DNA of 63,961 bases, filler included. It is 7 parts of 7 records of this genome, joined end to end, with 100 filler letters (N's around TTAATTAATTAA, not from the genome) between each part and the next. Parts side by side here need not be neighbours in the genome. Positions count along the whole stretch, not along the records: positions 1 to 21,138 come from SRR31147125_9405; 6 more parts are not named here. The stretch is one strand, 5' to 3'. A model generated the notes under the pieces. That model did not search any database. It saw nothing but the letters and a program-made list of their open reading frames with translations, and was not told where the DNA came from. Positions 1 to 11,780 of the stretch are shown here, piece by piece (within the stretch, counting starts at the first letter, position 1; the number at the start of each line of letters is the position of its first letter). The position numbers and the translations under genes are program-made.

Positions 1-192
1 TTTTGTCGGAACCTTATAGTCGCTCTTGTAATTGGAAATAATTTTTGTTGCCGACTCTGCCCTGGCCTCAAACTGGCCTTGAACAACCTTGCCATGAATT
101 ACCTTGTATGTTTTTGATTTATATAACATGTCTTGCCCGCACGAAAAAAAAGACAATATAAATATGAGAACAAAAATATAGTGAAATCTCAT
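1..192 (-). CDS. 5' part of a lipoprotein, probably an amylo-alpha-1,6-glucosidase/glycogen-debranching-type glycoside hydrolase (runs off the window)
   Basis: Not in the ORF track. Manual translation from ATG at 192: MRFHYIFVLIFILSFFSCGQDMLYKSKTYKVIHGKVVQGQFEARAESATKIISNYKSDYKVPTK. Lipobox-like FFSC; GGGAGG SD at 201-206. The VVQG..A.A.S...I.SNY stretch resembles N-termini of Bacteroidota debranching-type GHs (from memory). Confidence 0.5.
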   Translation of the reverse strand, partial: MRFHYIFVLIFILSFFSCGQDMLYKSKTYKVIHGKVVQGQFEARAESATKIISNYKSDYKVPTK

Positions 193-311
193 TAACAAAA
201 CCTCCCTTACCTACAGAATTTCCTCTTTTTCAACATAAAACACATTTGTTTTACTTTTTAATGAAACGTAAAGATTATACCGGGTGTCATTGACCCACTG
301 GCAATGCAAAT

Positions 312-2387
312 CTATTTCAATAGCACTAATTTTCTCATTTTTAAAAGCTGTCCATTAAAACTCAACCGGCAATAATAGATTCCGGATGGTAAATCCTGAC
401 GAGTGTGCCAGGTGACTGAATAAAAACCTGCTAGCTGATTTTCTTCAAAAAGGGTTTGGATGTGTTGACCCAGGGAATTAAATACCTCCATTTTTACGTG
501 CCCGGATACCGGTATATAAAAATCAATCCGTGTGTCCGGATTGAATGGATTGGGATAATTCTTTCCAAGATAAAACGTATTCGGATTTGACTCATTTGTT
601 GTTTCAACAGCTGTAGCTTCCTCATATTCCACCACAATCATCTGCCAATATTGGAGTCGTGGGAGATTAAATGAGAGAGTATCACCCTTTTGTGTAAAAA
701 CAATGGATTCAGCAGAACCTTTATTAAAATCAGGTGAAGCGATCCAGATATTATTCACCTTTTGTTCAGCTATAAAAGAGAGTGACATATTTTCAATAAT
801 GTCCGGTTCAACCTGGATCCCCTGATTATCACGCCAATCAAGGGTTATTGCATTCATAAAATTAATCAGGTGAAATATCTGCCGGTTATCTTTTTTCTTT
901 GCAAACGCCCAAACAGAACCTTTTTGCACCCAGGATTTGATGGCAATCGAACCAGTGCTGTGCAACGGTTTTTGATTAAATTCCCCTCCATCACGTAACA
1001 GGTTTTGATAAGCCACCAGGAAATCATAATAACAGGTGAGCTGATTGGTTAATTCATCGCTCATTTTTAAATTATCATTGGGGAAATATTCATTGCACAG
1101 CATATGCTCGCCCAATTCCAAATGACTACCACCAGCGGCAAAAATAACCGCGTCAGCCAGTAACACGGATGGCGTATTCATATAACCGGGATTGCCGGAC
1201 AGCCCTTTATTCACATAAGCGGCTAATACTGTAGACAAGGAGGCATCACTATATCTCGAGTTGTTAATAATAATAGAGGCAAGAGCACTGTAATTCGAAT
1301 TGGGGTCCCACACTTCGGTATAAAGAAATTCAACCGGACTTTTGGCAATACCAGTCTGGCCATATTGATTCACAGCGTTCATGACCAGATCCACATTTAA
1401 AGCACCTGAAGCCTGTTGCATAAAGGATTGATACGTTTCTTTCAGGTTTACGATGTCACCCTGGTCATTGTATAAAGTACCACGATCGCCCAGCTGGTCA
1501 ACATGCCACCCATCGAATGGTAAGGCAAGAAACACACCCCGCATTTTGTCATAGATATAATTTTTCCACTGATTATTTGACGGGTCCATCAGGTAGATAT
1601 CACTGGCCCAATTATCCGGCAAATCATGCTTGTCCGGAATTGTATGTGCTTTATCCTTAAACAAGCGCCAGCCTGGTGATACGCCATCCAAATGCGCATT
1701 TTCATATGCACCAAACAACAGATTATATGCCATGGCCTTCATATTATATTGATGGGCTGTATCAATATATCGTGCTATGGTCGAAAAATAATTTGTTCTG
1801 TTGGCAATATCAGGCCAGCTCGATGCCGGATTTTCAAGGGTGCCCTTTAGTGGCAGATGATGTTTATAATGCCAGTCATAGAATTGCAGGCCATTAATGT
1901 GAAATCGCGCCAATCTGGAAAGAGTTGACGCTACATTCGCCTGACTGAGATAGGGAAATTTAGACAAGAAACCATAACGGGGAAATTTACTCCAATCAGA
2001 AGAAACATCGACAGCGATATTAATAAAATCATAAATAGAGTCCGGATATGTCAGATAAATTTCTATCATATAGCCGGAAAAATCTGTGTCTGGTGGCTGC
2101 CAGCTCCATGTCAAACTGTCTGTATTGGAAACCGGTAACTCTTTTTGTTCAATTAATTGATTCAAGTATTTATAGCAAACAGAAACTGTTTTATTATCCT
2201 GTGTCTGAATCATTTGCAGTTCAATATGAACAATGTCACCAGGGGCATAAGCAGATTTATCGGTTTTAACATGTTTGAAATATTTATCCGGTTCGACACC
2301 GTAGGCACCGGTCATTCCGGACACTATCACAGATGCAAACAAAACAATCAGATTTAACAGTACTTTCATAGAACTCTCTATTTTCAA
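312..2387 (-). CDS. GH66 dextranase/cycloisomaltooligosaccharide glucanotransferase with T9SS type-A-like C-terminal sorting domain
   Basis: Motifs VDVSSDWSKFPRYGFLS, HINGLQFYDW, DGWHVDQLG (nucleophile Asp), LYTEVW (acid/base Glu), ELGEHML..EYFPN. C-terminus NYPNPFNP...LPSGIYYCRL...KLVLLK. Confidence 0.92.
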   Translation of the reverse strand: MKIESSMKVLLNLIVLFASVIVSGMTGAYGVEPDKYFKHVKTDKSAYAPGDIVHIELQMIQTQDNKTVSVCYKYLNQLIEQKELPVSNTDSLTWSWQPPDTDFSGYMIEIYLTYPDSIYDFINIAVDVSSDWSKFPRYGFLSKFPYLSQANVASTLSRLARFHINGLQFYDWHYKHHLPLKGTLENPASSWPDIANRTNYFSTIARYIDTAHQYNMKAMAYNLLFGAYENAHLDGVSPGWRLFKDKAHTIPDKHDLPDNWASDIYLMDPSNNQWKNYIYDKMRGVFLALPFDGWHVDQLGDRGTLYNDQGDIVNLKETYQSFMQQASGALNVDLVMNAVNQYGQTGIAKSPVEFLYTEVWDPNSNYSALASIIINNSRYSDASLSTVLAAYVNKGLSGNPGYMNTPSVLLADAVIFAAGGSHLELGEHMLCNEYFPNDNLKMSDELTNQLTCYYDFLVAYQNLLRDGGEFNQKPLHSTGSIAIKSWVQKGSVWAFAKKKDNRQIFHLINFMNAITLDWRDNQGIQVEPDIIENMSLSFIAEQKVNNIWIASPDFNKGSAESIVFTQKGDTLSFNLPRLQYWQMIVVEYEEATAVETTNESNPNTFYLGKNYPNPFNPDTRIDFYIPVSGHVKMEVFNSLGQHIQTLFEENQLAGFYSVTWHTRQDLPSGIYYCRLSFNGQLLKMRKLVLLK

Positions 2388-4216
2388 TCGCTTCGAGCCA
2401 CTTTTTCATTCATTGATTTTTCCATCACGAGCATGGACCAGTATTTTAGAGCAGGAACGGTCACAAACACGGTTCCATTTTTTTGCTCAAAATCGAGAAC
2501 CTGTGCTGAGCCCTGCTTCACATCGGGTGATGCCATCCAGATTTTTGAAACCGGTTTTTCCAGCTGAATATGCAACTCCATATTCCGGATCCATTCCGGT
2601 TCTTTTTGCACGCCAGAATTGTCACGCCAATTCATCGTTGTCGCATTTGTAAAGTTTATCAAATGAAGAATATTTTTTTTATCTTTTTTAACAGGGTAAA
2701 GCCATACTTTTCCCGACTCTGCTGTTTCTGATATTCTAATGTCAGAGTTTGTCTCAACCGGAATCCGGGATGGCTGCACAGCATCCCTGAGTACGTTTTC
2801 ATAGGCTACAAGAAAATCATAATAGCAGACGAGCTGGCGCTGTAACTCTGTACTCATTGCCAAATTGTTATTTGGAAAGTATGGATGGACTAATAAATGT
2901 TCCCCTATTTCCAGATGAGCACCACCGGTTGAAAAAATCACGGCATCGGCTAGCAGTACGGATGCGGCATTCGCTTCACCCGGTTTCTCAGCCATGCCCT
3001 GATTGACATAGGCCGCTAAAATTGTCTTTAATCGTCCCTGAGAAAAGGTATTATTGTCGTGAATGATACGTATCAGATCTGAAAATGTACTGTCCGGATC
3101 CCATACCTCAGAATAGAGAAACTCAACGGGGGAACGGGCAATTCCAGCCTGACCATACTGTAATACAGCGTTCATAACAAGAGGACGTTTGATATAAGAA
3201 AAAGCTGCATTGAGGAACGGTTCAAAGGTTTCACCAACATCCACAGGATCTCCATACCACGTCCATCCATCTCCCCAATCACCCAGTTGATCGACATGCC
3301 AGCCATCAAAATCAAGAGCCTGAAATACGCGGGCTGTCTGCTCATTAATATAGTTTTGCCATCCGGGATCCGCAGGATTCATCCAGTAAATATCACTGGA
3401 CCAGTTTTCATCAAAATCTATTTTGAGTGGATCTTTATGGTGCTTATCCCGGTATAACCGCCACATTTCAGGAGCGCCATCTGCAGGCCCATCTTCCCAT
3501 GATCCATAAAGCAGGTTATATGCCATAGTCTTCATATTGCGATCATGCGCTGCCTGTATATAATGTTTTATGCTGGTCAAATGGATCGTTCTTTTGGCAA
3601 TATCCGGCCACGTTCCGGCCGGTTTTTCAACAGATCCTTTTAACGGCATATGATGTTTATAATGCCAGTCATAAAATTGTAATCCGTTTATATGATAACG
3701 AGTCAGTTGGCGGATAACAGAATCCATTGCTGACTTTTTCAAATCCGGAAACCTGGAGAGAAATCCATATCTCGGAAATGTGCGCCAATCGGAAGATACA
3801 TCAACTGCAATATTTATTTGATCCAGATAATCATTTTCATCAACCACAAAAACTTCAATCAGATAGCCATGATAATCCTTTTCCGGCGGTTGCCAGCTCC
3901 ACTTTACAGGACTATTTGTTTTTATTTTAACGGTCTCTTGTTCAAGGATATTATCCAGATGCTTATATTTTATGTAAAGTGCCTTGTTTGCCCCCGACTT
4001 TTTCAGCGTGACAGTAAAAAACACTTTTTCGCCAGGTTTGTAACAGGCTTTATCGGTTTCAATAACTGAAAACCACGTGCCTTCCTGATTCAGTTGTGGC
4101 AAGACATCCGGTAAATCACTCGTGGGTTTACAGGTTAAAAAACTCAAACTTGAAAAAAGTATTACGATCCCTATCTTTAATTTTATTTTGAAAAAACGAC
4201 AATATAATCTAAGCAC
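2384..4216 (-). CDS. GH66 dextranase-family enzyme, probable lipoprotein, no CTD
   Basis: Same GH66 motifs (DVSSDWRTFPRYGFLS, DGWHVDQLG, LYSEVW). Signal peptide ends LSFLTC. GTG start; overlaps the next gene by 4 nt. Confidence 0.9.
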   Translation of the reverse strand: MLRLYCRFFKIKLKIGIVILFSSLSFLTCKPTSDLPDVLPQLNQEGTWFSVIETDKACYKPGEKVFFTVTLKKSGANKALYIKYKHLDNILEQETVKIKTNSPVKWSWQPPEKDYHGYLIEVFVVDENDYLDQINIAVDVSSDWRTFPRYGFLSRFPDLKKSAMDSVIRQLTRYHINGLQFYDWHYKHHMPLKGSVEKPAGTWPDIAKRTIHLTSIKHYIQAAHDRNMKTMAYNLLYGSWEDGPADGAPEMWRLYRDKHHKDPLKIDFDENWSSDIYWMNPADPGWQNYINEQTARVFQALDFDGWHVDQLGDWGDGWTWYGDPVDVGETFEPFLNAAFSYIKRPLVMNAVLQYGQAGIARSPVEFLYSEVWDPDSTFSDLIRIIHDNNTFSQGRLKTILAAYVNQGMAEKPGEANAASVLLADAVIFSTGGAHLEIGEHLLVHPYFPNNNLAMSTELQRQLVCYYDFLVAYENVLRDAVQPSRIPVETNSDIRISETAESGKVWLYPVKKDKKNILHLINFTNATTMNWRDNSGVQKEPEWIRNMELHIQLEKPVSKIWMASPDVKQGSAQVLDFEQKNGTVFVTVPALKYWSMLVMEKSMNEKVARSD

Positions 4217-4293
4217 TTTTTATCCCAACATTAATCGAGAGTGATGTTCTAAATTAAGCCAATTGATATAAGAAGAAAATGACCAGTCTGCTT

Positions 4294-5298
4294 TTAGAAA
4301 CAAAATGTTAAAGAATAACGGGAAATATCAGAGAACACACCAAAATCCAGGTAACTATAATCCATCAGGATAGTAAAACCGCTAATGGAATAACGAATTC
4401 CGAATCCCAAAGAAAGTCCTTCTTCCGCATCTTCTTTAAAAAGGGAGTTGTAACCACCTCTCAACGCCAGAAACTCATTCCAGACAAATTCTCCACCTAC
4501 ATTCATGTGTAACTTTTGATTATTGGGATGTATGGCATCACTGGCAAGCGTTAACCGCCACTTTTCACCGGAAAGAGCATCCATTCCCAGGCCAACCGTA
4601 AAATAAAGAGGTAAAGCCCAGGAGTCGGTGTCCATATAGGCGACTATATTTTCATTATTTCCACTATGCCCGGGATCGATATCCACGGGTTGCATCAGGT
4701 CCTTACCATCCATTTGCATTTCCGTACCAAAGTTGGAAATATTCATACCAATGCGCATACCACGAAATTCGGTTTTATAGAGTAACCCGACATCCATTGC
4801 AAAAGCCGTAGCTTCTTCATGCCATATTTTTGATTGAATATATTTCATCGTTGCACCAAAGGAAAAGCGATCCGTCAAAGTGCGGGCATAAGACAGTCCA
4901 ACAGCAATATCCTGCGCTTCCCATTGTTGCCCGGTGCCATTTGGCTGTGCTTCTGTTGTAATATCCTCTTTGCCATAATCCAACTGGTTGATACTAAAAC
5001 CAATAGCCTGATCACCGAGCTTTATCACAACACCTGACCAATTCAGGTTTGTATCAATAAACCAATTAGCATGTGTAATATTAACGGAACTTTGCTCCAG
5101 CTGTGACAATCCGGCAGGATTCCAAAAAGCACAGGTTGCGTCATTGGCAAGCGCCACAAAAGCGCCACCCATAGCACTTGCCCGGGCTCCAACTGGAATT
5201 GTCAAAAAATTAGCTGCTGTGGTTCCCACTTTAGTCTGAGAAAACACCATTGTAGCAAAGATGTTTAAAAATAAACTATAAATTATGACTCTTCTCAT
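4294..5298 (-). CDS. PorV/PorQ-family outer-membrane beta-barrel
   Basis: KVGTTAANFLTIPVGARASAMGGAFVALANDATCAFWNPAGL is the typical PorV/FadL-like N-terminal motif; C-terminal Phe. Confidence 0.85.
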   Translation of the reverse strand: MRRVIIYSLFLNIFATMVFSQTKVGTTAANFLTIPVGARASAMGGAFVALANDATCAFWNPAGLSQLEQSSVNITHANWFIDTNLNWSGVVIKLGDQAIGFSINQLDYGKEDITTEAQPNGTGQQWEAQDIAVGLSYARTLTDRFSFGATMKYIQSKIWHEEATAFAMDVGLLYKTEFRGMRIGMNISNFGTEMQMDGKDLMQPVDIDPGHSGNNENIVAYMDTDSWALPLYFTVGLGMDALSGEKWRLTLASDAIHPNNQKLHMNVGGEFVWNEFLALRGGYNSLFKEDAEEGLSLGFGIRYSISGFTILMDYSYLDFGVFSDISRYSLTFCF

Positions 5299-5349
5299 AG
5301 GTATTCCAATATTATGTCATGTTTATACATTCATTAGCCATACTCTGCA

Positions 5350-8300
5350 CTATTTAATGATGGCCAGTTTTCCAATTTTTTTCTTATTTATCCCTTCAGC
5401 CTGAACTACATAAAAATAGACGCCATAAGCCACATCCAGACCCTCTTTTGAGCGCAAATCCCATGTACAGGCTCCGTTTTGAATATCGCCATCATGGTAT
5501 AATGTTTTAATATGGTGCCCATTTGAGGCAAATATTTGAATGGTACTGTTGGCTGGTAAATTAATAAAGCTAATCACGCGTTCACCCCGGCCACGGATCT
5601 GTGACGGCAGTGGCTGCTCAAATACATTGGTCACCACATATGGATTCGGTACAGGATGAATATTGTCCATACTGGACTCTGCGAGTTCCATATCGTTTTC
5701 AGCAACCTTGCACTGATACAAAAAGTGATCTTTAGATGAAAAGGGTTTATAAAAAGACAATAAAAGCGTATCTCCGGCAGTGGGAACTCGTGCTTCCGTA
5801 CCGGTAAAAACAACTTTCCATGATAATTGCGTCCCGTCCTCATTGGAGAGGTAAACACCATCAAAATGCGATAATGTATCCTGCTTACTGCCTGGTGATT
5901 CTACAAATCCATATTGTATTTTAACCGGATTTTGTGGATTTGTAACATCAAATACAGAGAAATTTGTCTCAAGCTCTCTCAAGGGCGAATTATTTCCAAA
6001 AATAGACGGTAATCTGGATGATTTTTGATCGTTTGTTGCAGAAAAGACAAACATATAATCATTTGGAAATCGTGTGCTTATGATATCGCCCCATTCAAAG
6101 TTGGAAATCACGTGCTGTAAATTATCATCATAATCATTCTTCCAGCCACTCTGAGTGAGGTCCAGTTTTATACTATCCAGATGCTGATAGTGTGTATCAA
6201 AGGAAAAACGTAATCCATTAAAAACATCACCATTGTCTCTTTGTAAATGGGTGTTTTCCCAATAAACCGTATCGCCGGTTGTGGAATCAATCACATTATA
6301 TGCAAACGCAATGGGTACTCCTTCTACGAGAGAGTCCACAAATGAAATATAATATGTTGTATTTTCTAACTGGGCCGGATCAATAACCTCTGCAAAAGGA
6401 GTAAAAGTCGAGGCTCCTGAGATACGTTCAAGCTCTACTCCGGATTCCGGCGGAATATACCCGGCAACAGGTGCATTTGGAGTCACCTCAACCGTATTCT
6501 TGTCCAGAATAATTTCACCAGTAGGATCTTTGGTTATAGTCTTTGTATTTTCAGATGGATAAATCGATTTTGATTCACTGCCATGATCATAGGCACTCAC
6601 CGCATAATAATAGGTTCGCCCGTTTTCCACATCCTTATCAACAAACGTATTTTTTACACCTCCATCATCACCCAGATAGAAAGGGATGGCACTATTCAAA
6701 TCATTCAAGATCGGATCATAATTATAGAAACCGCTTAGGCCATTGGTTAGATCAAATTGTTCGTATGGCTTGTACGCAACCATCTGACCATACCCATTGG
6801 ATATGGTTTTGGCGTCATTAAAATAAGGATCGGTACTTTTGTAAATTTTATAACCTTCAAAATCGAATTCCTGCAGAGACTTATCAAAAGAACTCTCCGC
6901 CAGCTTGTCCCAATACAGCGTTACCTGCTTATCACCTGGCACAGCTGTTAACGTCGGCATCTCCGGTGCGCGTGGAAAATTATAGTCCGAATTGTATATA
7001 AACTGAGAGATATTTTTACTGCGAACAACCGCATCAAAATCATCACCAAATACCAATGCCAGAGAAAATCGTTGTTTTTTCCCGGGAGGTAGTGGAAAGT
7101 ATCCGGATCAAAAATAAAATCACCGTCTTCTCCACGGGTCGCCACATTATCGCGGATAGATTCCGGTACATCAAAACGGCCTGGATGCAAACGGGACCAC
7201 ATCTCATTCTCATCACTCATATCAATATCTGTTGACGGTACAAAATAATCGAAACTGGTGAGACCGAGTTGATCGGACTCGTCCTTGTCTGTTTTATCAA
7301 TATTCGGTTCTCCTGGTGAGCCGGTATCGATCAGTTCACCATTTGTTCCCCAGTATTGATAACCTGAAGTAGGCTGACCATCACCTTCACCAAAATCTCC
7401 GGTACCTGCTTTTCCATCAAGTCCCACATCATTCAGCACCGGATCCCAATCCCCATCATTATCGATGCCATCATCCCGAGCCTCGTCGATCATTGGATCA
7501 TCCAAACCGATATTGTTAATATAATCGACATGATAAACAGGATTTTCCACATTAATCAATACATAACCATCAACAGACTCTTTATATTGTTTAAAATGAA
7601 GCTGATAATTCTCATCAATCAAACCATCAAGATCATTATCAATCCCATCATAGGCATTATCATTTAATTTTGTTCCCTTGGTCCCCCCCAATCTCATATT
7701 GCCTTCTTCCAATACCGTTGTATCAGGAACAAGTTTGAATTCGACACCCATTGAAACAACGACTGTCGGTTCATCAGGCATGATAAATATGTTCCGATCA
7801 AACGTGGTTTCATCTATGAGCACAATTTTGTCACCCGGATGAACAGTTCTGGGAGTAAAATCACTTTCCTGAAAAAGTGGTGCACTGCGCTGAACATTGT
7901 TGTTATCTCCATCATTATCAATACCATCATACGGATTTCCGGGAGATTCAAGAAAAGCATAGCCTATATAACCAACATCATCAGGCGTTGGCTGCCATTT
8001 CGGATTTGCAGCCGGATTTATATAGTGATCATAATCCCAGGTGTAGACAATGGATTCTTTAACATCAAAAAAGGATGCATCATCCATCCACTCATCTCCA
8101 CCCTGAGGTCCGACTCCCAGGTACGTACCGACAAGGGTTCCGAAGCAAGCCTGATTATATAGTGTTGTACCAACGTTCTCAATTTCATAAACCCAAAATA
8201 ACACGTCCTGTGCCAGAACATTAGCCCACTGCATACCACGCACTGTCACTTTCAGGCCCTGACCTTTTCGTGTTAAATCCGTACTATCAGGCAGAAAACG

Positions 8301-8921
8301 ATAAAGCTGATACATTTTCTCATCAACATTATCATCCATCAGAAAAAAACTTTCCTGATCCGCGTTTTGTATACCGCGACCAAAGTAGCCGTTCCATTCT
8401 GTCTGTCCGTTTTGATCCACCCAATCCGGATGATCTGGCCATGAACTCGGCCATGTTTGCGGCAAATGACTCATTGCCACACCCATTCCTAAACGATCCA
8501 GGGAGTCATTAAAATAACCGGGAATGGGCTCAAATCCCCAAAATTTACCGCCGCCCGGATCATAGTCATGATGGGCTGCAGACCGGTCAGCATTACATCC
8601 GATAACAGAATAAAGTGTATCAGGCACGCTATCATAAGTACCGTTAACCCGGTAGTCCTGGATAGGCAAACGCACACCTACCAGGGGTTGAATATCAGTC
8701 GCATAGCCATTGGCATCATACTTCCAGGCACAATTCGTTCCCTGGCTTCCTGGTTGCCCAATGACCCCGTAATTTGTAAACGTTGTACGAACCTGATTAC
8801 CATTATGGTTACCCACTCTTCTGGCCGTACTTGTTCCTCTTTGATGCTGAGCAAAAAGTTGGGTAATACCTAATAAAGTCAGTAGTAAAAATAATTTCCG
8901 CTTGTTTTTAAGCATATTCAA
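5350..8921 (-). CDS. Large (~1190 aa) secreted protein with Asp-rich DGIDND Ca-binding-type repeats, FN3-like segment and T9SS-like CTD; split by a 1-nt frameshift near 7109
   Basis: ORFs 6948-8921 and 5350-7056 join if one G is added (...EDGDFIF-GSGYFPLPPGKKQRFSLALVFGDDF...). Signal peptide; three DGIDND.D motifs; GDKQVTLYWD/DFEGYKIYKS; C-terminus VPNPYV...WDLRSKEGLDVAYGVYFYVV...GKLAIIK. Confidence 0.8.
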
Positions 8922-8939
8922 ACTTCCTTAAAAAATCAG

Positions 8940-11704
8940 CTAGTTATTGAACCGAACTGTCAATCCTAATTCAATTCGACGTGGTTCAGAGTAATAATAT
9001 GGAATCCGATAATACTCATCCAATGAATTGACCAGGACAGGCAGATCCTGTTGACGCCGGAGATATTCTTCCAGAGTAAAATTTGCAGTACCACTATCAG
9101 AGTAAACGTTCACCTGGTTTTTCACATCAAACAGATTATTAACGCGAGCAAACAAGGTAAACATAAAATTATCCAGTTTAAAATCTTTGTACATTCTCAA
9201 ATCAATGTTATACAGCGCCGGTTTAATTTCCGTGTTTGTTAATAATTTTGAAACATTAATGGATTGGCTTGGCGTGTATGGCATACCACTACCATATTGT
9301 CCTATCAGACTGCACCCCCAATGATTGGAGGAATTGTAACTAAAAGTAGCATTGACTGTATGCGTCTGATCAAAATCAAGTTTGATAAATTGAACCTCAG
9401 GTTCTTCCCCGCCTACAATCTGATTCCGGGTTGCTGCCGGATCTGATGCATTCCCTTTGGCTGTCTGGTAGGTATAATCCAGCTTTGCTGCCCAATTATG
9501 AGAAAATCGTTTATCCAGGGTCAACACAATTCCGCGTACAAAACCAAAATCACTATTAACCAATTGACTATACCGGCTCGATCCTCCAAACATGGTAATT
9601 TCATCAGCACGGGTTCCGGTAAGATTGCGGATATCACGAAAATACCCTGTGACATCAAGGGAGACATCATCTGTCAGGCTCTGACTAAAACCAACTTCAC
9701 CATTTGTTGTCTGTTCCGCTTCCAAATCCGGATTACCGGCAATGCCAAGGTTGCCTGTTCCGGTACCAAACTTGTATTCCGGATTTTGATACAGTAATTC
9801 AAAATTCGGTACCTGAAAAAAGTGACCATAAGAGAAATGGAACACGCCACGATCCGTAATAGGAAAAGAAACGCCAAGTCGTGGACTGAGTTGATACTTT
9901 GAACTGGCATCTTTATACCAGTATGATTTTCGTTCATCCAAAGTTTTATCGATATTTTCTGATTTTCTGGGACGATAAATATCCGGATCACTGGGATCTG
10001 ATAACAGGTGCCCATCCGGCATAAACGAATCAAAGCGTATACCAATATTCATGATCAACTGGGAGAATTCAATTTTATCCTGTATATAAGCAGAGAATTC
10101 TACAGGCTTGCGGGTATACTGGTTAATGGACAGGTTCTCATTTGGATCATCAGGATCCGGGATTCTCATTGGAACAAAGGGATTACCTGTAAGAGCAGGA
10201 TCGGGCAGTCCATTTTCCTGTAAAAGCCAATAATCTTCATAATTAAGTTCATGAGAACTAAAATCAGCTCCCAATTTAATCTGATGTCGTTTTGAAATCT
10301 GAGATGTAAAATCCAATTTTGCTGTCAATGTTTGTGTCTGGCGTTCAAAATGCTGATTTTGAGTGCCACCGGTAAGAAAACTGGGTACATCCTGCGGCTG
10401 CTGGCTCATCAAAGCATAATGAGTATAGCGTGAATCATATGGATCTTCATACACATAGTGTTTGTATTGTTTGGACAAATAGGAAAAATTCAACTGATAA
10501 AAAGTAGCACTGTTCAGGATATGCGTAATTCCAAGGATATTTGTGTATCCATCCCGGAAACGATTATAATTGCCGCCTGGATTATAGGAAAAACCGTGAT
10601 CATAGTCCTGATAATCATTCAAATCCATCATAAAATGGTAATTTAATTTCAAATCAGCTATGGGCTTGTATGTTAATTTACCATGAGCGTAAATTTTCTC
10701 ACTCCAATTCATCGGGACATATTCACCATTTCCGGTTTGCTGCATTTCATACCGTTCTTCAATTTGCTCAGCAGGTCCGTTATTAATTGTGATATCCCAT
10801 GGATTAAAAATGTCTTTGCCATTCATCCAGCCATCGGTATAATAATAACGGGCATTGGCATAAAAAGACAATTTATTATTGATAATAGGCCCGCTTACGT
10901 ATCCATCAATATTATGAATCGCAGTTGGATCAAAACGATCTATACCTCTGAACAAATCTGTATGGTTGCTGAGATAATCGCCCATGTATGAGGTCATTCC
11001 AGCCTCAAACTTGTTATTTGCTTCTTTGGTAGCAATGTTGACATATCCGGACAAAGCTTTACCATATTCGGCATTAAAAGCACCGCTTACAAACTGGAAT
11101 TCCTGAATAGAATTCGTATTCACGTCCACCACTGTGGAGCCATCATATGTATCGGTTACCGGCATACCGTCAATCGCGTAGACTACTTCCCCCTTCGTCC
11201 ACCGCGAACATGACCACCTATGAATCCAGCCTGCAATTCAAGAATTTCCTGAAACTCTGTGACCGGCATAACCGCGATATCATCCGCACTGACGACTGCA
11301 GTTGATGCTGTTAAATCTTTTGTAATGATCGGTCTCTTTGCCTCAACAACCACCTCTTCCGAGGATTCAAGGACCGTCTGCGCAAGTCTGTATTCAAGTC
11401 GGGTCGTCAGATCAATGGATACTTGCACATTTTTAAAGGACGTTTTTTGGTAACCAATGGCATTGGCTATGACTGTATAGGTGCCTGGTGGAATATTAAG
11501 AATGGCATAGTGGCCTTCTTCATCTGTCGCAGCACCTATCTGGGTGTTTTCCAGAAATACATTTATATAAGGAAGCGGCTCACCATTAGTAGCATCTACA
11601 ACCCGCCCGGCTATTTTACCTCTGACACCAGCCTGTAGAGAAATGGTGCATAATAACAATAAAAAGAATAAATATTTAACCGTAATAGTTTTAAAATTCA
11701 TCAT
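8940..11704 (-). CDS. TonB-dependent receptor with N-terminal CarboxypepD_reg-like domain; split by a frameshift near 11190
   Basis: N-part GKIAGRVVDATNGEPLP...HVRGGR joins GEVVYAIDGMPVTD if one base is added at the 11189-11193 run. Plug motif SGAFNAEYGKALSG; barrel motifs SPRLGVSFPIT, GNPDLEAEQT, PRRIELGL. Confidence 0.9.
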
Positions 11705-11742
11705 TCACCTAATGGATAAATCATCGATACTTGAAAAGAGGA

Positions 11743-11774
11743 AAAATCGGCCGGGAATTATCCCGGCCGATTTC
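11743..11774 (-). terminator. Rho-independent terminator between the CBM-like gene and the TonB receptor gene
   Basis: Perfect 11-bp stem ATCGGCCGGGA/TCCCGGCCGAT (11746-11756/11761-11771), 4-nt loop, followed by a T run on the minus strand. Confidence 0.8.
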
Positions 11775-11780
11775 TGATTC

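Noticed and set aside
11183-11196. Programmed frameshifting or phase variation at the TonB receptor C-run and other split genes
   Set aside because: The runs are short and similar indels occur in unrelated housekeeping genes across several contigs; sequencing error is the simpler explanation.
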